From Thermococcus sp. (GTDB taxonomy: Archaea; Methanobacteriota_B; Thermococci; Thermococcales; Thermococcaceae), in the NCBI RefSeq assembly GCF_027008145.1, contig NZ_JALTCZ010000202.1, positions 1 through 49,839 of the forward strand: DNA of 49,839 nt, read 5' to 3'. The translations under genes were made by a program, and so were the position numbers. Below the pieces are notes generated by a model. The model had not been told where the DNA came from. It ran no database searches and saw only the letters and a program-made list of their open reading frames with translations. Below, piece after piece: positions 38,809 to 48,364 of the stretch (position 1 is its first letter; every line of letters begins with the position of its first letter).

Positions 38809-40089
38809 ATGTCTGGAAAGGACGAATTCGGAACGACCAAATACGTTATCTACGCAGAGTTTGAGGCTAACGGTGTCGTTGAAAGGCCCGATGTCGTCGG
38901 GGCCATCTTCGGCCAGACCGAAGGTCTTCTCGGGGACGATCTTGATCTAAGGGAGCTCCAGAAAACCGGGAGGATAGGAAGGATTAGGGTCGAGGTTCAC
39001 AACAAGGCAGGGAAGACCTACGGGACGATAACGGTTCCATCGAGCCTCGACAGGGTTGAGACGGCTATCCTCGCGGCGGCCCTAGAGACCATAGACCGCG
39101 TGGGACCGGCTGAAGCGAAGATAAGGGTTCTCCGCATCGAGGACGTCAGGGCAACCAAGAGGAAGTACATAATCGAGAGAGCCAAGGAGATACTCGAAAC
39201 CCTAATGGAACAGGAGATACCCGAGACCCAGGAGCTCACCGAGGAGGTCAAGAAGGCCGTTAGAGCCAAGGAGCTCATCGAGTACGGACCAGAGAAGCTC
39301 CCCGCTGGACCACACGTGCCGTTCTCGGATTCAATTATTGTCGTCGAGGGAAGGGCAGACGTCCTCAACCTGCTCAAACACGGCATAAAGAACGCCATAG
39401 CCGTCGAGGGAACCTCAATTCCTGAGACCATAATCAAGCTCAGCAAGGAGAGGATAGTTACAGCCTTCACCGACGGCGACCGTGGTGGCGAGCTTATCCT
39501 CAAGGAGCTCCTCCAAGTTGCTGATGTTGACTACGTTGCCAGGGCCCCGGAGGGCAAGGAAGTCGAAGAGCTTACAAAAAAGGAGATAGTGAAGGCCTTA
39601 AGGAGCAAGGTTCCGGCGGAGCAGGTCATCAACGAGATGTTCAACAAGGGGAAGAGCTTCTACGAGCTCGTGAAGGAGCGCTCGGAGGAGAAGGCCGAGA
39701 GGCCACAGGTTCAGCCCCAGAGGGCGGAGCAGAAGGTCAAGCCGGAGGTAAAACCCGAACCCAAGGTTGAGAAGATCGTCAAGCCCATAGAGAAGTCCGC
39801 GAGCCCAGAACTTGAAGAGTTCTCGGAGTTCATCGAGCGCGTCAAGAAGGACGGCGTTGCACTGCTCCTCGACGAGAACAAGAAAGTCATAGCCGAGATA
39901 CCTGTCAGAGAGCTCACCAATCAACTCAAGGAGCGCAAGGACGTTTACGCAGTTGTATTCAACGGCGTGATAACCCAGAGGCTTATAGACACCGTCAGCG
40001 AGACCGGCGTCCGCTACCTCGTAGGAGCTAGGAAGTACAACGTCGTAAGGAGGCCCGTCCACCTCAAGATACTCACCTTCGCCGAGTAA
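38809..40089 (+). CDS. dnaG: Archaeal DnaG (bacterial-type primase homolog / exosome-associated)
   Basis: 'GVVERPDVVGAIFGQTEGLLG', 'VVEGRADV' and 'DGDRGG'; start at 38809 (GGTGG RBS) or 38737. Confidence 0.95.
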   Translation: MSGKDEFGTTKYVIYAEFEANGVVERPDVVGAIFGQTEGLLGDDLDLRELQKTGRIGRIRVEVHNKAGKTYGTITVPSSLDRVETAILAAALETIDRVGPAEAKIRVLRIEDVRATKRKYIIERAKEILETLMEQEIPETQELTEEVKKAVRAKELIEYGPEKLPAGPHVPFSDSIIVVEGRADVLNLLKHGIKNAIAVEGTSIPETIIKLSKERIVTAFTDGDRGGELILKELLQVADVDYVARAPEGKEVEELTKKEIVKALRSKVPAEQVINEMFNKGKSFYELVKERSEEKAERPQVQPQRAEQKVKPEVKPEPKVEKIVKPIEKSASPELEEFSEFIERVKKDGVALLLDENKKVIAEIPVRELTNQLKERKDVYAVVFNGVITQRLIDTVSETGVRYLVGARKYNVVRRPVHLKILTFAE

Positions 40090-40357
40090 TTTCTCTTCTC
40101 TTTTCAGCGATATTTTAGCCAACCGGGCAATTATAGGGGAATCTGTATGGAGGAGATCAGGGTGATGCTCTTTGAATTGGAGTGCTCCTCTAGGGGATCC
40201 TCCTTGGAATTCTGAGTTTAGGGTTGAGTGCTCTGCTGTTCGGGGACGTTGGTCTCGTCCTGATGTTCTATGAGCTCATGAAATGGGAGGGGGAATGAGG
40301 CACTCTCCGGGACTACCTTTATAACTCCCCCGTCTCTTCTTTTCCCGGTGGTGGAAA

Positions 40358-42073
40358 ATGGAGGTTGAGACGCTCATCTGGAAGTACGCGCTGGTTAACG
40401 CTTACACCCACAGGGGAAAGGCCAATCCAAAGGCTGTCATCGGAAAGGTTCTCGGAGAGAACCCAGAGCTGAGGTCAAAGACCAGAGAGATAATCCCCCT
40501 AGTGAGCGAGGTAGTTGGGAAGGTGAACACCCTGAGCCTTGAGGAGCAGGAAGCTAAGTTGAGGGAGCTTTATCCAGAGTTCTTCGAGGAGAGGAGGGAA
40601 AAGAAGGGGGAAAGGAAGGGTCTTCCACCCCTGCCAAAGGCCGAGAAAGGGAAGGTAGTTACCCGCTTCGCTCCCAACCCGGATGGTGCCTTCCACCTCG
40701 GGAACGCAAGGGCCGCTGTTTTAAGCCACGAGTACGCCCGCATGTATGATGGCAAGTTCATCCTCCGCTTTGACGACACGGATCCGAAAGTTAAGAGGCC
40801 CGAGCCGGTTTTCTACGAGTGGATTAAGGAGGATTTAGAGTGGCTCGGCTTCAGGATTGATGAAATTCACATAGCAAGCGACAGGCTTGAGCTCTACTAC
40901 AGCTATGCTGAGAAGCTGATTAAGATGGGCAAAGCCTACGTCTGCACCTGTAAGCCAGAAAAGTTCAGGGAGCTAAGGGATAAAGGGATTGCCTGCCCTC
41001 ACAGGGATGAGCCCGTTGAAGTTCAGCTTGAAAGATGGAGGAAGATGCTGAACGGTGAGTACAAAGAGGGGGAAGCCGTCGTTAGAATAAAAACCGACCT
41101 CAAGCATCCGAATCCAGCAGTCAGGGACTGGCCGGCGTTGAGAATCATAGACAACCCCAATCACCCGAGAACTGGCAACAAATACCGCGTCTGGCCTCTC
41201 TACAACTTCGCATCAGCGATAGACGACCACGAATTAGGGGTTACCCACATATTCCGCGGGCAGGAGCACGCCGAGAACGAGACGAAACAGCGCTACATCT
41301 ACGACTACCTCGGCTGGGAATATCCTGTAACGGTGCACCACGGAAGGCTGAGCATTGAGGGCGTAATACTCAGCAAGTCGAAGACGAGGAAAGGCATTAA
41401 GGAAGGAAAATACCTCGGCTGGGACGACCCGAGGCTGGGAACGATCCGTGCCTTGAGGAGACGCGGAATAAGACCCGAGGCCATAAGGAAGCTAATCCTT
41501 GAGGTCGGACTAAAGAGGAGCGATACTACCATAAGCTGGGACAACCTGGCTGCGATAAATAGGAAGATAGTGGAACCTATAGCGAACCGCTACTTCTTTG
41601 TTGCAGATCCGATCCCCCTGTACATCGAAGGGGCCAGGGAATTCATAGCCGAGATTCCCCTTCATCCGGATTATCCCGAGAGGGGAGTTAGAAGGCTCAA
41701 GTTTGTCCCCGGAAGGCCGGTCTACGTCTCCAAGGACGATATGAAGCTCTTCAAGCCGGGAAACTTTGTAAGGCTCAAGGACCTCTTCAATGTCGAGATA
41801 GTCGAGGCTGGCAACGAGATAAGGGCCAAATTCCACAGCATTGACTATGAGGTAGCCAGAGAAAACCGCTGGAGGATGGTTCACTGGGTAACTGAGGGCA
41901 GACCTTGCGAGGTCTGGGTTCCAGAGGGTGAGGAGCTTATCGTGAGAAAAGGCCTCCTTGAGAGTGACGCGGGCGTTAAGGTCGGCGATATTGTTCAGTT
42001 CGAGCGCTTTGGCTTCGTGAGGATAGATGGGGTAAAAGACGGAAAGGTGAGGGCGGTATTTGCCCACAAGTGA
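40358..42073 (+). CDS. gltX: Glutamyl-tRNA synthetase
   Basis: 'RFAPNPDG', HLGN (HIGH motif), 'RFDDTDP', LSKS (KMSKS motif) and 'QFERFGF'. Confidence 0.97.
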   Translation: MEVETLIWKYALVNAYTHRGKANPKAVIGKVLGENPELRSKTREIIPLVSEVVGKVNTLSLEEQEAKLRELYPEFFEERREKKGERKGLPPLPKAEKGKVVTRFAPNPDGAFHLGNARAAVLSHEYARMYDGKFILRFDDTDPKVKRPEPVFYEWIKEDLEWLGFRIDEIHIASDRLELYYSYAEKLIKMGKAYVCTCKPEKFRELRDKGIACPHRDEPVEVQLERWRKMLNGEYKEGEAVVRIKTDLKHPNPAVRDWPALRIIDNPNHPRTGNKYRVWPLYNFASAIDDHELGVTHIFRGQEHAENETKQRYIYDYLGWEYPVTVHHGRLSIEGVILSKSKTRKGIKEGKYLGWDDPRLGTIRALRRRGIRPEAIRKLILEVGLKRSDTTISWDNLAAINRKIVEPIANRYFFVADPIPLYIEGAREFIAEIPLHPDYPERGVRRLKFVPGRPVYVSKDDMKLFKPGNFVRLKDLFNVEIVEAGNEIRAKFHSIDYEVARENRWRMVHWVTEGRPCEVWVPEGEELIVRKGLLESDAGVKVGDIVQFERFGFVRIDGVKDGKVRAVFAHK

Positions 42074-42075
42074 TC

Positions 42076-43368
42076 TCAGGCCCCCTCTCCTACCTTCCTC
42101 TTTACAAGACTGTTTCCAAAGAGTCCAAAGAGCACCACTATCGCAGCCAGTATTGCCGAGAGGATGTAGACACCACCGATCTTACCGTAGGTGTAGAATG
42201 CACCGAGGCCCGCTATCGCGAAGATGAACGACGCGAACACCGCTATGCCCCTGTTCACGCTTGAAACTTTACCGACCATAACCGGATAGGCCTCGTAGAT
42301 GGCCGTGAAGAAGGCCGATATGGTGACTGCCTTAAGCATCATGTCCGCTATGCTCGGGGGCGAGTCGAGAATTCCGAGGCCAAGGGCTAGGGCCGTGAGG
42401 TAGGTAGCTGCTTTACTCCTTGAGATCTTCATTGTGGACTCGGCTATCTGGAGTCCAACCTCAGCAGTTGGCAGTATGCTCGTCAGCCCGGCGAAGAATA
42501 TTGAGATCGCTATGAGGGCGAGCAGTAGTGGATGGTGGGCAAGTATCTGAGGCAGTTCACCCATGAACTTTATCGCCCCTTCCTCCCCACCGTAAGCATA
42601 CTGGGTCAACCTCTGGAGCGTTGCAAGCGTTGCCGAGTAAACCACTATCACCGTTGACAGTACGCTTATTATGAACTCAATAAAGATTCCCGAGCCAATT
42701 ATGAGCTTGGCATTGAAGCGCTCGTTGAAGAAGCTCCCAAGCATCAGGTAGAAGGCAAAGCCAAGCCCCACCCCGTAAATAGCCCTTATCGCTGCGTCCT
42801 TTATCATGTTGAAGCTGATGCCCGGCCAAGAGAACACCATACTCTTGGCGGTGTTGAGATAAGCCGGGTTCTCGGGTATGACGACCTTGAAGGCTATGGC
42901 CGTGACTATAACGGCTATGACAAAGAGCAACGAACCGCCAGCCATTATCACAAAGGTCTTTTCCTTGGCACGGGTGATTATAACAAACACGATTGCAAAC
43001 ATTATGACCTTTGCTATGAGCCTTCCAATTGTCCCCGTTCCCAGAACAGGTGACAGGAGGCTCAGCATGACGTTGGCGGTGTAGTAGGACAGGAACATGA
43101 CGATTACGATAAAGAACGCCAGAACCATCGCTGGCTTCCTGAGAACCTTCTGGAAGAGTTCAACGAAGTAGTAGCCGGACTTCATAACGACCTCCGTCTC
43201 GAGGATGGCCAGATAGGTGAACAGTGCCAGGAAAAGCACGTGAACTATCAGTCCCGTCATGCCGTACTCCATCCAGAACTGAGGAAACAGACCTATGCTA
43301 CCTATTCCCGTGGCAAATCCCGCCACGAGGAAAGTTATGTACAGCGTCCACTTTTTCATTTCATCCAT
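42076..43368 (-). CDS. Sodium-dependent transporter, NSS/SNF-like (divergent)
   Basis: TM1 'ATGIGSIGLFP', 'LSYY' and 'FFAGLTS' align with NSS motifs. Confidence 0.75.
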   Translation of the reverse strand: MDEMKKWTLYITFLVAGFATGIGSIGLFPQFWMEYGMTGLIVHVLFLALFTYLAILETEVVMKSGYYFVELFQKVLRKPAMVLAFFIVIVMFLSYYTANVMLSLLSPVLGTGTIGRLIAKVIMFAIVFVIITRAKEKTFVIMAGGSLLFVIAVIVTAIAFKVVIPENPAYLNTAKSMVFSWPGISFNMIKDAAIRAIYGVGLGFAFYLMLGSFFNERFNAKLIIGSGIFIEFIISVLSTVIVVYSATLATLQRLTQYAYGGEEGAIKFMGELPQILAHHPLLLALIAISIFFAGLTSILPTAEVGLQIAESTMKISRSKAATYLTALALGLGILDSPPSIADMMLKAVTISAFFTAIYEAYPVMVGKVSSVNRGIAVFASFIFAIAGLGAFYTYGKIGGVYILSAILAAIVVLFGLFGNSLVKRKVGEGA

Positions 43369-43491
43369 GGGCATCACCTATTTGATTTTTCTTGGAAGCT
43401 TAGGTTCCAAAGTAAAAAAATTTAACTGTTCAAAAGTTCCAATATCGAAGAAATTTTAGTACAAGATGAAGTGAGCAGAAAAAAGAAAACC

Positions 43492-45984
43492 TCAATCGAG
43501 GCCAAGCCACTTGACAAGGCCGAGGAGGAACTTGTGTGGGAGCTTCTCGTGGTGTGGGTGTATCCTCACCGCGTAGTGCCAGCAGGGATCACCGAGGTGC
43601 TTGAGGGCGCTGTTCTGATGGGTGTAAAGCCACTCGTTCTCCCCCACCCGCTCCGGATGCCTCAGCTCGAGTATGTGGGGCCTCTCTATATCATACCCCT
43701 GGGCGCGGACGCCGTAGTAGAGCTCCACCCTGACGTCGTCTGGGTGGAGACCATCAAGATAAACCCTGACCTCAAGCTTACCCTCCTTAACACTGGCCCC
43801 CCTCAGTTCAACCTTCTGCCACGCCGATGTGACGCGATCCTTCCAGGACGCTATCTCCTTGGCTCCGCTGTAGTTGTCCCGGGTAAGCCAGATGTGGTTG
43901 CTCATGGCCTTTGAATAGAACTTGTCCATGTATTCCTTGAGCATCCTATGGGTGCTGAAGCGAGGCGCGATGCTCTTTATGCTCTCCTTCATCATGTGAA
44001 TCCACCTACCCCTGTTCTCGTAGTAGGTGGGTATTACCGTCTCCTCAAGGAGTCTGTAGAGAGACTCGGCGTCCTTTGCATCTTCAGCCTCGGTTTCAGG
44101 CTCGGTGGTTTCCTCGCCGATCACCCAGCCGTTCTTACCGTTGTAGCCCTCAACCCACCAGCCATCGTAGATGCTGACGTTTAGGACGCCGTTCAGACCA
44201 GCCTTCATACCGCTCGTTCCGCTGGCTTCCAGAGGTCTGCGCGGGTTGTTGAGCCACACATCAACTCCAGCAACCATGAACTTGGCACTGCCCATGTCGT
44301 AGTTCTCCATAACGAATATCTTGCCCCTGAACTCGGGCATCAAGCTGACCTCATACACCCTCCTGAGAAACTCCTTACCGGCCTCGTCCATGGGGTGAGC
44401 CTTCCCCCCAAATACTATGTAAACTGGTCTCTCAGGGTCGTTGAGTATCTTCTTCAGCCTTTCGAGGTCGCTCAGGATGAGCGTTGCCCTCTTGTAGGTA
44501 GCAAAACGCCTAGCAAAGCCTATTATGAGAGCGTTCTCATCCATAGCCGGGATCGGGTCGTCTATCCCAAGCCTTTCATTCCTCTCTATTGCCTTCCTCC
44601 TGAGGAGCTCGATGAACTGCCTCTTGGCTTCGAGGTGGGCCTCCCAGAGTTCTTCGTTGGGGATTTTCTCCACCGCATACCAGATGCCCTCAATGTTGGT
44701 GTGCTCGCGCCAGACCTTGCCTATGTAGCGGTCGAAGAGCTTGCGCATCTCGTTGTGCACCCAGGTCATCGTGTGAACGCCGTTGGTTATACCCTCGATG
44801 GGTATCTCGTTGAGGGGAACCCCAGGCCAGAGAGCCTTCCACATCTTCTTGCTTACCTCGGCGTGGAGCTGACTGACACCGTTGACATAGCTGGAAGTCC
44901 TTATTGCCAGAAGTGTCATGTTAAGTTGGTCGCCCTCGCGACCAAGTTCGAGAAGTTCATCTCTTCCGGCCAAGAAACCCGAGAGCCTCCTCTTTACCTC
45001 CCCAATCGGGAACCTGTCGTGACCAGCGGGAACCGGAGTGTGGGTCGTGAATATCGTCGTCCCCCTCACGAGGCTTAGGGCCTCGGTGAAGGTAAGACCT
45101 TCGTCCATGTACCAGGCTATCCTCTGGAGATTCGCAAAGGCAGGATGCCCCTCGTTGAGGTGGACAACACCGGGTTCTATCCCCAGAGCCTTGAGCAGCC
45201 TCATTCCACCTATTCCAAGGAGTATTTCCTGCCTTATCCTCTTGTCCATCTCGGCGTTGTAGAGGTAGTCGCATATCGTCCTGTCGTCTGGACTGTTCTC
45301 GGGAACATCAGTGTCGAGGAGATAAATTTTCACGCGCCCGACATTGACCTCGAAGGCCCTCGCGTAGACGATCCTGTCCTCTATTGGAACCTCAATCAGG
45401 AGCCTGTTGCCGTTCCTGTCGAGAACTGGATTGAGGGGCATCTCCTCCGGGTGGTGCTCGGGAAATATCTCTCTCTGCTTGCCGTCCCTGTCTATTTCCT
45501 GCTTGAAGTAGCCGTGCTTGTAGAGAAGGCCCACCGCTATGAAGGGCAGCCCAAGGTCGCTCGCGGTCTTAACGTGGTCACCAGCCAGTATTCCAAGACC
45601 ACCGGAATAAATCGGGAGGCTCTTGCTTATGCCGTACTCCATACACAGATAGACTATCGGCTTGTCCCACTTGGGGTAGTTCGTGGAGAACCAGGTCGAG
45701 GTGGGGTTCATATAGCCCTCGAACTGTTCCATAACGAGATCGTAGAGGGTCATGAAGTCGTCGTCCCTGAGGAGCTCCTTAAACTTCTCCCCGGGCGTGT
45801 CCAGGAGGAGCTTAACTGGGTTCTTATACTCACTCCAGAGATCTGGGTCGATGTGCTCCCAGAGCTTTGTGGCCCTCCTGTTCCAGCTCCACCAGTAGTT
45901 GTATGCTAGCTCTGCAAGCCCAGCCAGGGGAAACGGAAGCTTTCTCCGTATTTCATTCTGAATATACTGAAAGCTCTCGGCCAT
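43492..45984 (-). CDS. malP: Maltodextrin / alpha-glucan phosphorylase
   Basis: 'YSGGLGILAGD', 'HLNEGH', 'ARRFATYKR' and PLP motif 'EASGTSGMKA'. Confidence 0.96.
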   Translation of the reverse strand: MAESFQYIQNEIRRKLPFPLAGLAELAYNYWWSWNRRATKLWEHIDPDLWSEYKNPVKLLLDTPGEKFKELLRDDDFMTLYDLVMEQFEGYMNPTSTWFSTNYPKWDKPIVYLCMEYGISKSLPIYSGGLGILAGDHVKTASDLGLPFIAVGLLYKHGYFKQEIDRDGKQREIFPEHHPEEMPLNPVLDRNGNRLLIEVPIEDRIVYARAFEVNVGRVKIYLLDTDVPENSPDDRTICDYLYNAEMDKRIRQEILLGIGGMRLLKALGIEPGVVHLNEGHPAFANLQRIAWYMDEGLTFTEALSLVRGTTIFTTHTPVPAGHDRFPIGEVKRRLSGFLAGRDELLELGREGDQLNMTLLAIRTSSYVNGVSQLHAEVSKKMWKALWPGVPLNEIPIEGITNGVHTMTWVHNEMRKLFDRYIGKVWREHTNIEGIWYAVEKIPNEELWEAHLEAKRQFIELLRRKAIERNERLGIDDPIPAMDENALIIGFARRFATYKRATLILSDLERLKKILNDPERPVYIVFGGKAHPMDEAGKEFLRRVYEVSLMPEFRGKIFVMENYDMGSAKFMVAGVDVWLNNPRRPLEASGTSGMKAGLNGVLNVSIYDGWWVEGYNGKNGWVIGEETTEPETEAEDAKDAESLYRLLEETVIPTYYENRGRWIHMMKESIKSIAPRFSTHRMLKEYMDKFYSKAMSNHIWLTRDNYSGAKEIASWKDRVTSAWQKVELRGASVKEGKLEVRVYLDGLHPDDVRVELYYGVRAQGYDIERPHILELRHPERVGENEWLYTHQNSALKHLGDPCWHYAVRIHPHHEKLPHKFLLGLVKWLGLD

Positions 45985-45998
45985 TTCAACCCACCTTA

Positions 45999-46015
45999 TA
46001 TCATTGGTGGTGATA
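45999..46015 (-). promoter_or_regulatory. Thermococcales glycolytic motif (TGM; TrmBL1/Tgr site) of malP
   Basis: Minus strand TATCAC-CACCA-ATGATA, between a TTTTAAA TATA box (~46030-46037) and the RBS. Confidence 0.8.
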
Positions 46016-46076
46016 CTAAGGTTTCGTCCTTTAAAAATTCTCCCATCGTTGAGTGACGAAAAAAGTGTAGAAAAGG

Positions 46077-47954
46077 TTAAGAGCCCTCAAGGACAAAGGG
46101 ACTGATGTAGTTGCCATATCTGGCTCTAGCTTTAAGGAGTCTTTCCCTCTCTTCATCCAGAACCTTGAAAAGCTCTTCTGGAGCGTCTCCAACCTTCCCG
46201 CGGTAAGTCTTTTCAATCCTCTCTATCTTGGCAAGCAACTCGGGAACCCTTATCGTGAACTGCTTCTCATAGTCCTCCCTTGTATAGTCCTTGTTCAGAA
46301 CGTCTTTGAAGAGCTTCGCGAGGTCACTGTACCTCGGGATGTAGCCTATTGGGGTCTCTATAGCATCAACATCGCCGTGAACCCTCAGCTCCATCCACTT
46401 GAGCCAGACTGCCTTGTCCAGCTTGTGATTCAGCCAGTTGCCATTCCCGTCCCGGAGGAAGTAGTTGACGGCAAATATCTTGGGTGCCCTCTTCAGCCCC
46501 CTACCGAACTCAAGGTAGTTCCTGAGGTAGTCGCCGAGGTGGACGCTCATGAAGTCAAGGATGGCCATCGGGTTGAAGGCCCTCACTCCTTCCTTACCGA
46601 GGGTAGCTGCGGTCGTCTCACTCTCAAGGGATGCCCCCATGGTTACGACCCCGTGCTCCCAGTTGAAGGCCTCCCTCACCGATGGCCACGTGTCGGCGTC
46701 TCTCCCGCCGAATATTATGCCTCCGATTTCAACACCACATGGGTTCTCAAGGGCCTCAAGATCGGCGTTGGGGAAATGCTCAAGCGAAACTGTAAAGCGT
46801 GCATTCTTGTGGCTCGGCGGTATCTCTTTGCCCTCTTTGTCCTTCTTGCCACGCCACCACTTCCCGCTGTGGTTCTCGCCCTCATCAGGGATCTCAATTC
46901 CCATGTCGTTCCAGTAGGGCTTTCCGTCCTTAACAAGGACGTTGGAGAAGATTATCTCGACCGGCGAGTGAAGAACCTGCCATATTATCGGGTCGTCCTC
47001 CGGGTTTACCCCTTGGATTATACCGAAGACTCCTTTCTCGACGTTGGCCCCCCTGGCCACGCCGTTAACAGGGAGAATGAAGGTCAAATCATCACCAACT
47101 ATGTTCTCCCAGGGTATCATCGCCGTCGAGGTTTTTCCGCACATGCTTGGGTAGGCTCCGGTGAAGTAGGTTTTTCTGCCGTGGGGGCCGTTTACCCTCA
47201 TCAGGAACATGTGCTCGCTGAGCCAGCCCTCCCTGACGGCTTTCTGTATTGTAAGCCTGAAGGCAAGCTTCTTGAGACCTATCGTGTTCCCGCCGTACTG
47301 TGTGTTGACGGAATAAACGGTCTCGTCTTCAAGGTCGATGTATATCCTCCTCTCGTCGAGGTCCCTGCTGGTCTTCCTCTCGTCGAGCTCACCCTCGCTG
47401 TGAACGAAGCGGAAGAATCTTGCCTCCCTTCCAAGCCTCTTGAACTCCTCGTAGCCCTTCCGGTAGAGGATGAATTCGGAGTGGGCAACGTAGGCCGAAT
47501 CGGTAAGCTGAACAGCCGGGATAGTGAAGATCGAGTTTTTAGGTCCAAGGACGAAGAAGCATACAAAAAGCTCTTTGCCATGCATTATCCCCTTCATAAT
47601 CTCCTTTATCTCCCTGAGACCTTCGTCCCTGTCCTTCGTGTTAAGGAAGGGAAGTCCCCTGCCTCCCGGCGTCAGTATGGCCGTATGAGCCTTGTCCCTC
47701 GCCTGGTCGTAGTAGTTGTCGTAGTGGACTGTGTGGTTCGGCGTTTCGAGCATCTTCTCCTCCCCGTAATAGAGAGCCTTCCAGCGGACGTACTGCTCGT
47801 CTTCCTCGCTGTCGGTGCAGACGAAGACCCTCTCAGGTTCGAGCCACTCAATCCACTCGGCCAAAAAAGCGTGCAGTTCGGGGTTGTCTATGGCCTTTAT
47901 TTTCTCGAACTGCCCTTTATCAAGGAGCTTTTCAAGCCTTTCGAGGGGCTTCAT
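46077..47954 (-). CDS. pckG: Phosphoenolpyruvate carboxykinase (GTP)
   Basis: 'YGGNTIGLKK', 'WLSEHM', 'AYPSMCGKTS', 'VGDD', 'HKNARFT' and 'FGGR'. Confidence 0.96.
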   Translation of the reverse strand: MKPLERLEKLLDKGQFEKIKAIDNPELHAFLAEWIEWLEPERVFVCTDSEEDEQYVRWKALYYGEEKMLETPNHTVHYDNYYDQARDKAHTAILTPGGRGLPFLNTKDRDEGLREIKEIMKGIMHGKELFVCFFVLGPKNSIFTIPAVQLTDSAYVAHSEFILYRKGYEEFKRLGREARFFRFVHSEGELDERKTSRDLDERRIYIDLEDETVYSVNTQYGGNTIGLKKLAFRLTIQKAVREGWLSEHMFLMRVNGPHGRKTYFTGAYPSMCGKTSTAMIPWENIVGDDLTFILPVNGVARGANVEKGVFGIIQGVNPEDDPIIWQVLHSPVEIIFSNVLVKDGKPYWNDMGIEIPDEGENHSGKWWRGKKDKEGKEIPPSHKNARFTVSLEHFPNADLEALENPCGVEIGGIIFGGRDADTWPSVREAFNWEHGVVTMGASLESETTAATLGKEGVRAFNPMAILDFMSVHLGDYLRNYLEFGRGLKRAPKIFAVNYFLRDGNGNWLNHKLDKAVWLKWMELRVHGDVDAIETPIGYIPRYSDLAKLFKDVLNKDYTREDYEKQFTIRVPELLAKIERIEKTYRGKVGDAPEELFKVLDEERERLLKARARYGNYISPFVLEGS

Positions 47955-48096
47955 GTTATCGCCTCCTAGACCAGTTAGTGGGTGTCTTAAAATAGTTGCC
48001 GGGGCATATAGAGTTCATTACTGCCCTAAATAGGGAGATAATGAACATGGTAAAGTATTTTAACGCTATTTGATACACATTTAGGTGGTGCACGGT

Positions 48097-48360
48097 ATGA
48101 AAGCAGTGATTCTCGCCGGATGGAGTGATGTGAGGATAGAGAGAAACGTTAAAATTGGGCGCTCCGTTATCTTCCCAGGGACGGTCATTGAAGAGGAAAG
48201 CGAAATCAGGAATGCGATAATAGGGGTGAACGTTCACGTGGGCAAAGATGTTGTAGCACGGCTGGAGAGCGTTGTATGGGGCAACACACTGATAGAGGAG
48301 TTCAGCAAGATTAGCTCGAACGTCAAGATACGGGTTGAAAGTATGATACTCCCGGACTGA
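48097..48360 (+). pseudogene. Internally deleted sugar-phosphate nucleotidyltransferase (NDP-sugar synthase)
   Basis: MKAVILAG start of the NTP-transferase motif fused directly to C-terminal hexapeptide repeats; only 87 aa. Confidence 0.82.
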
Positions 48361-48364
48361 GGTG

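Noticed and set aside
39670-39800. Low-complexity E/K/P/V stretch in DnaG
   Set aside because: Ordinary variable interdomain linker, not a tandem DNA repeat.
43471-45909. Several plus-strand ORFs of 147-254 aa opposite malP
   Set aside because: Antisense shadows of the phosphorylase gene.
46377-47969. 530-aa plus-strand ORF
   Set aside because: Antisense shadow of pck in the same codon register; no recognisable domain.
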